64,000 nucleotides of DNA, taken from NCBI GenBank assembly GCA_964016885.1, contig OZ024740.1, forward strand, positions 186,620,001-186,684,000, written 5' to 3'. A model generated the notes under the pieces. That model was given only the letters and a program-made list of their open reading frames with translations, ran no database searches and was not told where the DNA came from. The stretch comes from Eledone cirrhosa (lineage: Eukaryota). Positions 36,264 to 49,324 of this stretch are shown here, piece by piece. Numbering within the stretch: the first letter of the stretch is position 1; the number at the start of each line of letters is the position of its first letter. A program made the position numbers and the translations under genes.

Positions 36264-36620
36264 AGGGTAGAGAGGGAAGTGCTCTCTTCCCAGCTTTTTG
36301 TTGAAAGATGGGTGAGAGAGGCAAGAATAGCCCAAGTGAATGGACCTACTCTGAGTATATGCCTGTAAATTGAAGGTGGAAAACTGGGAGAGGACACTTG
36401 CCTTGGTGGTCAGGGTCACCGTGGATTTTTTTAATGAGCTTTCTCCATCATGGCCCTCGGGAGTCTCCCCCCTATTGGGGAATTTTTCATTGTTCTTTTT
36501 ATTACATCCTCTGTTTTTTTGTTTTTTTACATGCAGAAATGCCCATTTGTACCATCCTGTATTGTCCTGTACTCTCCTTAATGTCTACTTTATGTAAACC
36601 CTTGTGGTTAATAAAGAAAG

Positions 36621-36675
<55 letters not shown>
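36263..36675 (+). mobile_element. Second Tx1/L1-like 3' end, embedded in (ATT)n
   Basis: RVEREVLSSQLFVERWVREARIAQVNGPTLSICL* is paralogous to RVEREVLPRSTFAKWWMNVARMSRVNRPTLTMRL*; AATAAA followed by (ATT)n. Confidence 0.78.
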
Positions 36676-36888
36676 TTTATTAATGTGTGTAATAGTGTGT
36701 GCGTGTATATGATAGTGTGTGTGTATGTTTGTGAAGGAAGTGAGGGTTTATAAACTAACCAAACATTTTCAAGGAAAATAATGGCATGTTCATTATTTAT
36801 TTACTTTGATTACTTTAAAATTTGTTTGAATAAAGTAGGATTTTTGATTTTGATTTAGTTTCTTTTTTTTTTTTTCTTTTTTGTTTAG

Positions 36889-36940
36889 ATCAAATCTCTA
36901 TCCTCAGAAATGGACGACATGATTCATGACTTTCAGACAT
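36889..36940 (+). other. Candidate short host exon
   Basis: About 30-nt polypyrimidine tract + TTTAG|, 52 nt (IKSLSSEMDDMIHDFQT), then |GTATTT. Confidence 0.3.
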
Positions 36941-37789
36941 GTATTTATTTACAGATTATTAGTAGTTGTATTGTAACCTTTGAACTAGTTTAATGTCTGT
37001 TGTTATGTGTGTGTGTGAGTGTGAGTGTTCACAGGGAGTAGTGAATAAAAGAGAGAAGGTTTTCTTCAGAAGAAGACTATATTCTTTACTATGGTCATAC
37101 CAGATTTCAAAAACATGTTAATCCTATGATGTCTGATACACTAAAGTTAATGAAATTAGTGGGATATAACAGGTGCTGCAAGTTTTAGTAAGAGAAACAA
37201 AGTTGGAATATATAATGATGAAGAATTGCACATTTAGCAGAAAGTTAGCTTTGATCATTTCTGATCAGATATTCTTGAAAGGCTGCACACTTCATTGTAA
37301 GCAACATTTGATGAAAGAGAATATATTTCCTGTCAAGTCTGATTAGAGATCAAAGATTAAAAATAAAATTCTAATAAAATACATTCTCAGACCTTGTTTT
37401 CATTTTTTTTCTTTTTAAATCACCTTCATAGTAATAACGTGTAATCAATCAAGGAATTTGCTACAATATTTCTTATACAAGATGTTATTTTTGCATAATA
37501 ACTGTCTTGATAGGCTATATCATGCACCAACTAATACAATTTTCGTTAGACTCAAGGCTGGGCAAAATTTTATTTTCATTAAAAAAAATACAAAACGTTT
37601 CAAAGTGTCCCTCATGATCCCTATTACAACAATTTCAAGAGAGATTAAGTTATAACATGCAACAATGTGATTTTGATGTAACCCAATCAATTGAAACATC
37701 TTACCTATTTACCTTTTTGTCAATTGAAATAAATGATTTCACTGTCATCATTGGCATCACTATCATCACTTTTACATGGGATTTTTCAG

Positions 37790-37990
37790 ATTGGTAGGGC
37801 ATCAGACAACATGCTATGTGTCATTAAGTTCTGGCCCATTATGTTCTGAGTTCAAATCCCGTCGAGGTTAGTTTTGTCTTTCATCCTGACGAGGACAGTA
37901 AAATAAAGCACCTGTAATGCCCTGGGGTCAATTTAAACGATTTTCATCTCTCCCGTAATTGTTGGTCTTGTGTCTAAATCAGAAATCATT
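37790..37990 (+). mobile_element. Old Meta-domain-like SINE
   Basis: ctgagttcaaatcccgtcgagg..ctttcatcctgacgagg..tggtcttgtgtctaaatcagaaatcatta. Confidence 0.75.
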
Positions 37991-39177
37991 ATATATTTGG
38001 ATGCCTTTCCTGGCACCAACCAATTTAGTCACCTTTTATAATACCTAGGAGTATGGTGTACCTTTTCTAAAGACTGTGACAATGTGACAAAATCTTAAGC
38101 CCTTGTTAGATTTTTTTAGGATCATGTCATCACTGTTTAGATCTACCCAACTGATATAATCACTCTTACTTTCTCCTCAATGAAATGTTATCCTAATGAA
38201 TTAGAATCAAAATTTAAAATACCAACAACACCCAAAACTGTCATCATTTTCTTTATTGTTCACATTTCCCTGCTAACATGGGTTGAACAGGACTTTTTAC
38301 AAACATATACCTATCCTTTTATTCACCTCTTATGACAAGAATATTACAATATTTCCAATAAAAAAGAGATTAGATCTCTGAGGCACACCAAAAAGATGTC
38401 ACCAGCAGTTAAGTAGAGGTAAACATAATTGAATGGATAAGGTATAATTTGCTAGTTCAAAACATGTTACATATGTTTCAGTGCACCTCAGGGCAAAATA
38501 TTCTATTTGACATTGCTGTAATTTACTTATCCCCCATGAATAAGCACATCAAAAACTGATTCTCAGCATAGAAATGTTGACATCAACCAAAAGTAATCAT
38601 GCAGATTATCAATCATAGAATTTGAATCAATGTTAGTGAAAGCTGTAGCAGAGATATTGATATGAGTGTTGACATTAGTACCAGTACCATTGGTTTAACA
38701 TAGATAAGTCTGAATAATGTCATAGTAGAGGCCAGCTAAACCTATGTAAGTGTGAGCTGTAACAACAACTGTGAGAACATTAATATTTTTTGTGTGATTT
38801 TTTTTTGTTTTAATTGACATCTGGCCTCCATTTTCATTAGATCTTCATTCTGCAACAGCTATCACTACAGCACATAAACATCTATAGGTCTGTATCAGAT
38901 ATACTAGCTAACATTTTATATTTTAGTATTAGTTATTTCAGGTCCATTTGGTTTGTTATGTTATCTTATGTAGAATTACATTTACAACTGGATACCTTTC
39001 CCATTACTGTTAACAACTCATCCTTGACCAGCATACCAAAGAGTCTCCAAATTGTTAATCACATAGCTAGAAATAACCATCAAATCTTCCGCAAATATAT
39101 ACTGTAATATCCTTAAAAAATGAAGGACAATGGATAATGTAGTCTTGAATAAATTACATCTGATGAAGTTTTGCAGA

Positions 39178-39370
39178 CAGAGCCATATTAGTATATCTTG
39201 GGGGGCCAGGGGTAGTTCACATTTGGGGTACTTGGGGGCAGTTCTAGTTTTTGGGGGTGACAGGTTAGTTGAGGTGGGGAGGGTGGCGCAGGCCTGTTCT
39301 TAGAGGAGGCCCTGTTTGACAAGGAATAAAAGGTCATTCACCCCCTCCACCCCCACGAATTCCAGCCCTG
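39178..39370. mobile_element. hAT-type G-rich MITE
   Basis: Imperfect 8-bp TSD tttgcaga/cttgcagg; imperfect TIRs cagagccatatt / aattccagccctg. Confidence 0.55.
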
Positions 39371-39593
39371 CTTGCAGGGTCACATCTGGAATATGTTTTA
39401 TGATTGGTCTACTCAATCAGGGACAGTCTAGTACTAAAATACCAATAAACATAGAATAGGAATGAAATACATTAGATTTAGTGAAGCAATCAGAACATGA
39501 TGGCTGTAATATGGTTTGAATTTGTGATCATGTTGACAGTAATATTGTATTGAAATCTCACAGTCATTGCACATAATGTATATATACACAGAT

Positions 39594-39657
<64 letters not shown>

Positions 39658-39670
39658 ACATATATGTACA
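39594..39670. repeat. (CA)n microsatellite
   Basis: Directly visible. Confidence 0.97.
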
Positions 39671-40014
39671 CACACATACTCATACACAAGCCCCACAGAC
39701 ACAAAGACTCATCCACTCCCACACATGCACACACACAAACTCTCACTCTCTCATACAGATATATATATATACTCTGCCCCCCAAACATGACTACCATTGC
39801 CACATATACAGAAACCGTAAAACATCAAGATATATGAATGAAAGGGCAATTACCCTTGCCAGGAAATCTGATGTGATAATGAAAAACAGTGGGCAATAAT
39901 ATAATCCAAATAATTAATTGCGTGATAAACTTCACTATAAAATATACCGAAGTCTGTTCTGTTTCGAGTGGTGGACCCAGTAATGAAATTTATGTAAATA
40001 ACAGCTGAAACCAA

Positions 40015-40370
<356 letters not shown>

Positions 40371-40921
40371 TGAGTATGAATATGAATTACAAAAAGTGCA
40401 ACCTACTCACAACGTGAATATTGATATCTTACAATCATAATCACAACGTTATGATGAAAGTAAAAGAAAAAAAAACAGAAAAAGACAAATTTAATAGCTA
40501 CAAAACTATAAAAATAACTAACTATATAACAGTCTAAACACATGTATGAAGTAAAACAAAAAACAAAACTCACACACACACACACTCACACACATGCACA
40601 TACACATACACACAATATATATATATAAATATATGTGTGTGTGTGTCTACATACTTTATTTATATACATGTATGCATGTACACATAGATACTTGCATATA
40701 TACATACATACATACATATATACATATATATACATACATACACACATACAAACATTCATACATAATACATACATACATATATACATTCATACATACATAT
40801 ACATACATACATTCATGCATACATATATATATATCCCACATACATACATGTATAGATATACATGTATTCATATATACATTCATACATACATATACATTGA
40901 TATATACGTTCATACATACAT

Positions 40922-41103
40922 ATCATCATCATCATCACTCGTCGACTACTCTCGAGATGATGGATCCCACTCTCATGCCCCAGAATCCCCTGTCCCCCAT
41001 CGCTGCCCCCAGGTCCTGTCTGCTGATTCCCGTATCCCTAGAGATAAAGTCAGGGAATGACAGCTTCCTACTCCTAGTCAGGCTGGAGTCAGGGTTCCAG
41101 AGC
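40922..41103 (-). mobile_element. RTE 3' end fragment (third family)
   Basis: LWNPDSSLTRSRKLSFPDFISRDTGISRQDLGAAMGDRGFW..VVDE* followed by a (TGA)n tail. Confidence 0.8.
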
Positions 41104-41140
41104 ATATACATACATTCATACGTACATACATATACATACA

Positions 41141-41750
41141 TATGGTGGCTGCCAACTCGTTTTCGAGTACGGCCACTACTTTATATCCATGTAGGAGAAC
41201 CTCTACCGATGCGCTGAACGAGTGTGACTTTTAGTTCAGCCAGCGACTTGAAAACTCTGGTACAAACACTACACTTGTGACAATTATTGACACATAGTGC
41301 TGGGCCCATGGTACCATGTGAAGGCAAGTGCAGAGAGATCTCCAGATATAAAGCATTGCCTGTGCTGTGAAGCTTTTATAGTGAGCAAAGGCACTGCACA
41401 AAGCCAGTCCCACTCTCTTAACCAAGATGATATTTATCAAAAAGAAGAACAATTCAACATCATTGGATACCATCAGGGCTGCAGGTGTTATATCAGAGTT
41501 TTCCTTCTCCTAGAATTCTGCCTTGACAAAGGCTAAGGGGTCATCTCTCCCGGTGATTTTGGATGGCTATTGACTCTTAAGAGCTCCTTTGCCCTTTGAC
41601 AGGTTTTGTTTTTAGTCCTGCAGGATGTCCAAAGCCACCCTCCTCACCACGAAGCCTTGGTGGGGTTGCCAGCCCAGTCGCCAACGACCCAACCATGAGA
41701 CAGGTTGTGTCGTTGGCGACCAAACTGGCAACCCCACCAAGGTTTCTTGT
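41141..41750 (-). mobile_element. Non-coding RTE-5'UTR-like element with terminal hairpin and (TATG)n tail
   Basis: Contains CTAGGAGAAGGAAAACTCTGA (a motif I recall from RTE 5'UTRs), a GC-rich 5' end with a 96-bp inverted repeat, and no ORF. Confidence 0.55.
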
Positions 41751-41852
41751 ACATACATACATACATATATATACATATACATACATATACATATACATAT
41801 ATATACATACATATATACATACATATATATATATACATACATACATACATAT

Positions 41853-41883
<31 letters not shown>

Positions 41884-42037
41884 CATACATGCATATATAT
41901 ATACATACACATATATATATATACATACACATATATATATATATATATATACATACACATATATATATATATACATACATATATATATATGTATGTATGT
42001 ATATATGTGTATGTATATATATATATATATATGTATG

Positions 42038-43146
42038 TAGTTGAGGGAGTCAAATCAAGCCCAGCCAAAGTCAGTAGTGGAGTCCCACAAGGCACTGTGT
42101 TGGGCCCACTTCTCTTCATCATCTATATTAATGACATCACTGACATCATCAAACACAGCAACATTAAAATTTTCGCTGATGATTCCAAGCTCCAAAAGGT
42201 CATCAATGGCGTGGATGACCGGATAAGCCTTCAGTCAGACCTACTGGCTGTTACCCAATGGGCAGAAAAGAACAACATGTTACTGAACGAAGACAAATTC
42301 GAACTGATCCACTTTGGAAAAGAGGATGCTCTGAAACTCCCGTACTCCCTTCCCTCCGGGGAAACTCTCGTGGCATCTAACAACATCAGAGACTTGGGAG
42401 TAACCGTGGACAGCAACATAAGCTGGACCACGCATATAAGCAGCAAAGTTGACATGGCCCGCAGAATGTGTTCCTGGATCCTCAGAACCTTCCAGTCGAG
42501 AGATTCCCGCACCATTATCCTTCTCTTCTCTACTTTCGCCCGACCACACCTTGAATACTGTTGTCCACTGTGGTCTCCCCACACGAAACAAAGTATCATG
42601 AAACTTGAAGCTCCTCAAAGGGCAATCACAAAAAAGATAGATGGCATGTCAGACCTTGACTACTGGGGTCGATTGGAAAACCTGAAACTTTACTCACTCC
42701 AACGTCGCCGTGAGCGTTATATTATCTGCATGATGTGGAAAATGTTCCATCATCACTGCCCAAATGATGTTGGCATCGCCTTCAAGATACACCCAAGGCT
42801 TGGGCCCCGTGCTATCCGTCCCATTCAAAAATCTAAATCGCAACTCATAACAACAATACGGCACAATTATTTCACCTCAATCGGCCCTGCTCTCTTCAAC
42901 ATCACACCAGGACACGTCAAAACAGAAACTGACCACACAAAATTCAAGAAATCTTTGGACAAATTCCTCCAAGTAATCCCGGACAAACCACCCACACCCG
43001 GATATGTCTCCGCAAACAGTAATTCTCTTCTCGAATGGGCCATGGTGCCCAAATCCTGAATTGAAAGACTTCGCCAGGTGGTGCTATTAAGTTAGACATG
43101 GCCTGGGCCAATACTGGCCAAAACATTTCAAAGTTATTCAAAGTTA
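42038..43146 (+). mobile_element. CR1-clade LINE, 5'-truncated, with intact ORF2 C-terminal part (about 340 aa, stop at 43059)
   Basis: [20 protein letters not shown]; FADDSK; RDLGV; [13 protein letters not shown]; [10 protein letters not shown]; [11 protein letters not shown]; tail repeat (TTCAAAGTTA)x2. Confidence 0.93.
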
Positions 43147-43237
43147 TATATATGTGTGTATGTATATGTGTGTATATGTATATATGTATGTATATGTATG
43201 TATGTATATATATATGTATGTATGTATATACATATGT

Positions 43238-43271
<34 letters not shown>

Positions 43272-43310
43272 GTATATATATATATATATATATGTATGTA
43301 TATATATGTG

Positions 43311-43341
<31 letters not shown>

Positions 43342-43450
43342 GTGTATGTGTGTATGTATGTATGTATATGTATGTATGTATGTATGTATACACATATATA
43401 TATATACATACGTTCATACATTCTTACACATACAGACATTCATACATACA
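43147..43450. repeat. (TATG)/(TA) compound microsatellite
   Basis: Directly visible. Confidence 0.95.
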
Positions 43451-44024
43451 CATAGAGACATAGACTAGCATACAAACAAGTGAATATAAAAATTCTCTAT
43501 AAAATATACCTCCACAAAAGTAAATCATTCAACTAAAAAACGTTAATCTTGGTTAGTTTCTGTATCATTGCCATGTATGTGATATAAACATAAATAGTTT
43601 ATCGCTTGTTGGTGTCAGAAAGGTAGGATATAAATGGCTAAAAAGATGAAGAAGATGAAGAAGGAGAGTGAGACGGGGGAAATAATAGCACACACACACA
43701 CAAAAATACAAACATCAAATATATAACATAACTTAATCATGAAGACTTGCACAAAATAGAGAACAGTTAATAAAAACAGATACCGATATGACTTTGCAAA
43801 TGTTTTATACAGGAATTAATCAATTACGTGTGATTGATAATTGCATAGCTACATATGTTTATCTGTTTGTATGTCTGTCTATATAAGGTTTATACGTTGA
43901 TATGGTGAAGTGCATATATATAATATATATATGTGTGTGTGTGAGTGTGTGTGTGTGAGAGCGTGCGTGTGTGTGTATGTGTGTATGTGTCTCTGTGTGT
44001 GTGTGTGTGTACTTGTGTCTGAGG

Positions 44025-44062
<38 letters not shown>

Positions 44063-44070
44063 GTGAATGT

Positions 44071-44154
<84 letters not shown>

Positions 44155-44394
44155 AACGTTGAAGGAGACAGAAAGCTACACAATGCAAAATGGACTGTAA
44201 GATGAGCTACCGAAAAGTATCTTCATCTTCATCGTTTCACATCCATTTTCCCATTCAAGCTTGGGTTAGACAAGTTATTCCATTGTGAGACAAGTCAGGT
44301 TAGATGGTGGTGTCTTGCTCACTCAGGACTATTTTTGGTTTGGTATCTATGGCCTGATGCCCTTCCTAATGCCAACCATATTTACAGTGTCTAT

Positions 44395-44700
44395 AAGGAC
44401 ATTTGATTCCAGGCCATGATTCCAGGTTTGGAATGTCTTCTCTAGTTCTGCCACAGATTCAGCTATGAGAGTTAGCTCATCTGTATATAGAAGTTCCCAT
44501 GGGCAACCAGTCTTAAACTTTTCTGTTCTAGGAATAATAAACAGGAGGGGGTTAAGGACGGAGCCTTGGTGAACACCTACTTTTGCACTAAATGCTTCAC
44601 TACATTCATTGTTAATTCTAATCTTGCTGACTGTTCCTCTACAAATGGCTTCTATAGCTTTCACAAGCCACTCATCTACTCCTAGTTTTCTAAAAGCCCC

Positions 44701-44702
<2 letters not shown>
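44395..44702 (-). mobile_element. RTE RT fragment
   Basis: AFRKLGVDEWLVKAI..VGVHQGSVLNPLLFII..GCPWELLYTDELTLIAES. Confidence 0.88.
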
Positions 44703-44761
<59 letters not shown>

Positions 44762-44764
44762 TAT

Positions 44765-45200
44765 ATCATCATCATCATCACCGTTTTACGTCCATTATTC
44801 CACGCTGTCATGGGTTAGACGGGTTGTCCTGTTGTGGACAGTGCCCGGTTGGGTGACCTTGTCTTGTTCATACAGGAATTGATTCGGGCTTGATTTCTAC
44901 AGCTGGATGCCCTTCCTAACACCAACCTCATTTACAGTGAGTGCTGGGTGCTTTTTTTCCGTGGTGCCTACACGTCCACCTTACAGTGTGGGCTGGGTGC
45001 TGTTTTGCCGTGGCACCTTCACAACCACTTTGTAGTGGGAGGGGTGGGGCATATATGCTTCAGCTTCAGCTTGTACCCGTGGGATGTCGGGTCTTCTGTA
45101 TTACTGCATGAAGCCAGAGGTCACGGTCCTGCGTCATTGCCTTTGTGAGGTGCAATTGGGTAAGTTCGGCTTTTATCACCTCATCACAGGTCATCTTGAG
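44765..45200 (-). mobile_element. RTE type B 3' end/UTR
   Basis: Reverse complement of 27235-27655. Confidence 0.85.
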
Positions 45201-45209
45201 TCCCCCCCA

Positions 45210-45830
45210 CTTCATAGGCTGCAGTCTTCTTTCTTGCTAACCAACACTTCAGTTATGTTCTGCTTACTCTCAGCTCTTTTGTTTGTAAATTCTGTTTCCA
45301 TAGCCAGAATTTATTCTTTAGATCTTTTATTGATTCTGCTATAAGGACAAGATCAGTCACATAGAGAAGTCTTAAACTCCTCTGTTATGATCTAGAGAAC
45401 TATGATGAGCAAATGAGCTGAGAACTGAACCTTGATAAACTCCTACCTGTACCTTGAATTCCTCACTGAACTTACTTCCTATTCTCACTTTACAGACAGC
45501 TCCTTTGTATATGGCATGCACTGCTCTCACAAGCCATTTGTCTCTGCCTAATTTCCTTAGGGACCAGCAGATAACAGGTCGAGTTACTCAGTCAAGAGCC
45601 TTTTCTAGATAAATAAAAGCAAAATAAAGTGGCTTATTCTTGGAGGCTTATTCTTGTAGGCATCACATGTAGAAAAGGGAACCTGCAGTACTTTTGCAGG
45701 CATAAAACCAAACTGCATCCCATCTAATTTGTCTCTCTCTCTAATTACCTGTGCTAGAATTCTTTCCATCACATTCATAACTAGGCCCATTAGTTTTATT
45801 CCTTTCTCCATAGTTGCTCCTCTCTAGCAA
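45210..45830 (-). mobile_element. Degraded RTE RT fragment
   Basis: GIKLMGLVMNVMERILAQVIRERDKLDGMQFGFMP; LEKALD; GVYQGSVL remnant. Confidence 0.8.
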
Positions 45831-46855
45831 TTTATATATATTTATATGTGTGTGTGTGTCATGTAATGAATATGCTAAGGACACTCCAATAACATATAAA
45901 TCGAATAAGAACTCGTATTGAATTCTCTTGTACAGTGTAGTTTCATTTTTTTATGTAAATTCACAGATAATCTACTGATTTGTGTGTTTGGGTAAATATC
46001 ATGTGATTAGCAGACAGTGGTGGAATTTGAGAATTCTATTGAATTAGAAACATATTTTTTACTACAGAAAAAAGTCTAATAATAACAGGGCATATAAGCC
46101 CCCAGAACAGAAAAAAATGGGCATCACTATGCATTTATATATATATAAAAGCTTTGTTTATATTGACTGTTTTCATTTCTTTCACAAAGATAAAAACTTA
46201 CTAGAAAGTCTAACTCTCTTATTTAGTTTAAAAGGACATCTCAAATTTACAGCTTATTTTGTTTTTTTTACAGAAGATATTTTCAAAATGAAATCTCTTT
46301 TATATTTTCACTGTAGCATTCTAATATTTGTATACAACTTTTTATTCCCACTTCCTTTAACATTGTTACTCTGAAATAATCAGAATTCATTGAATTGAGT
46401 TCATGTCACATTTACTAAATTATTTTTATCTAAGATAGATGGGTGGAGTAAATATCGTAAAAGACAGTAAAAGCAAGCATTCATATTTGATAAAAAAAAG
46501 TTCATTTCTTATTGTGTAGATAGTAAGGTGAGATGGTAAATTTAACGTAACATAGTTTTTTTTTGTTTGTTTTCTTAACACATTCTCAATAGTTCCTCCT
46601 TAATAGATACAACTACACAAAATATTGAATATCTACATTCTCAAATTCCGTGTGTTTGTTGTTGAATATTCAACAAGAGGGCATTCTATCAATAGAAAAG
46701 CTATATAATTATCTGATAACGTTAATACATAATATTATATTTTAGTATGATATATTTTCTCATGTATTCTATTCAATCAAGAATACTGAATAAATAAAAT
46801 TATCTGTTCAGCTATGATACTAGATGGTAGCCAACAAAATGTTGTGTAATATCAT

Positions 46856-46857
<2 letters not shown>

Positions 46858-46922
<65 letters not shown>

Positions 46923-46965
46923 AAATGTATGTATGTATACATATATATATACATAAATTTATATA

Positions 46966-46998
<33 letters not shown>

Positions 46999-47161
46999 GT
47001 ATAAGTATATATATATATATATGTATATATGTACACACATATATATATACATATATGTGTGTATATATATATACATACACATACATATATATACACATAT
47101 ATATATATACACACATATATATATATATGTTTATGTATTTAGGTTGAATCACCTGACTGAA

Positions 47162-47225
<64 letters not shown>
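46858..47225. repeat. (TA)n and (TG)n microsatellites
   Basis: Directly visible. Confidence 0.95.
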
Positions 47226-47226
<1 letters not shown>

Positions 47227-47789
47227 AGCATGCTGACTGGAACTTTTGCTCCACAAGATATTCAACCAATTTGAATAACTCGCACATATGTGTGCCTGTG
47301 CATATGCATATGTCTGTCTCTGTTTCTTCATAATAAGGTATGCATGGCATAATTTAGAAATGTACATATTCTCATACATATAGAGACAAACTAAAAGTAA
47401 CTCATGTATCATCTTTCAATTTATTTATGGTATTTTGCTATCTTTACACCATAAGCTTATTGTTTTTAAACAGAGGAGAAGAGTTCCTATATTTGAAATT
47501 GTGCAGTAATGAAATTATGTATAGAAATTGTCATATACTGGGTTAGCAATTATTGAGTAAGATAGTGTGTTACATCTATATAGCCACAACCCACAATTAT
47601 GGCATAATCTTACTGGTTGTTTGATTGCTTTAGCTGATATGAGTGATGAAAACATTTATATATGGATAATTCCAGTATGAAATAATATCTTGTCTTTGGG
47701 GTACACTAGATGATATTTATGTTGATAAAAGGAGTAGAAAACAAACAAGACCATGCACAAACGCATGATAGATACATGTATTTATATAA

Positions 47790-47887
<98 letters not shown>

Positions 47888-47949
47888 GTATATATATATA
47901 CACATATATATATATATACACACACACATATATATATATGTATATATAA

Positions 47950-48135
47950 CGAAGGAAATGTGGTAAGGAACCAGGTGGACCATAACGCACCAAAGTGCTC
48001 AATACTTAGGGTAGTAGAGTGGGTAATAAGAACGAGCAGGACCCCGACGGCTGAGCTCAAGCCGTTTCGACGGCTAATTCTGGACAGAATTAGCCGTCGA
48101 AATGGCTTGAGCTCAGCCTTCGGGGTCCTACTCGT
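47950..48135 (-). mobile_element. Penelope pLTR stub with 104-bp fold-back (same family as 9871-11032)
   Basis: Homologous to 9871-9990; 48032-48135 is an imperfect palindrome; inserted in (TA)n. Confidence 0.85.
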
Positions 48136-48171
48136 ATATATATATATACATATATATATTTATATATATAT

Positions 48172-48282
<111 letters not shown>

Positions 48283-48548
48283 TATATATATATACACACA
48301 TATATATATGCACGTGTGTGGAATGTGGATGTATACATGTGTGTGTGTAAGATGACATATATGTGTGTGTTTATCTATGTATTCATGTATGTGCATGTGT
48401 CTATGCAATTACTATTATTATATTTGTATATAAGTATATATGTGTGTGTGGGGGGGGGGGGTGTAGATGTGTGTATTGATGATATATGTTCTGTCCCACC
48501 TTTGCAAGCAGGGAAAAGCGGACGTAAAATGAAATGATGATGATGATG

Positions 48549-48599
<51 letters not shown>

Positions 48600-48754
48600 T
48601 ATGTATATGTATACATAAGATATATATATATATACGATATATAGATATATATATGATATATAGATATATAGATATATATATGTTATAGATATACATATGG
48701 TATATAGATATACATATGATGTATATAGATATACATATGATATAGATATACATA

Positions 48755-48792
<38 letters not shown>

Positions 48793-49276
48793 TCTACTTA
48801 TATATATATATATATATATATAGTAATAATAATAAATATATATATATAGGTATGTATATGTCTATGTGTGTGTAAATAGCATTTATTATTATTATAGTTG
48901 AATGCACAGCAGAATAAGATGTTTATGGCGTACATTTTGGTACAGGCACATGTGTTAAAAAAGTAAGTCAGGAAAAAACGAAACAAAAAAAATTGTATCT
49001 CATCAAAGATCTAAATTTCATGTCAATTTGACAGCAAGCTAATCTTGATATTCTATTTCTAGTTGGACTGGCTACTGCCATACATTATTTTCCTTTTTCA
49101 ATACATATATATATACACATGCACACACACTCACACACACACATACACACACACACACACATATATATACATGTGTGTGTGTGTATTTGTGTGTACCTAT
49201 ATATTCATACCTATATATCATATATTTCAATAACTGTATGTATGTGCATGTGTATATATATATGTATATATATGTG

Positions 49277-49324
<48 letters not shown>

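Noticed and set aside
41596-43059. 487-aa ORF as a novel fusion protein
   Set aside because: The N-terminal ~150 aa is read-through of a hairpin and a (TA)/(CATA) microsatellite that lacks stops; only 42038-43059 is genuine CR1 ORF2.
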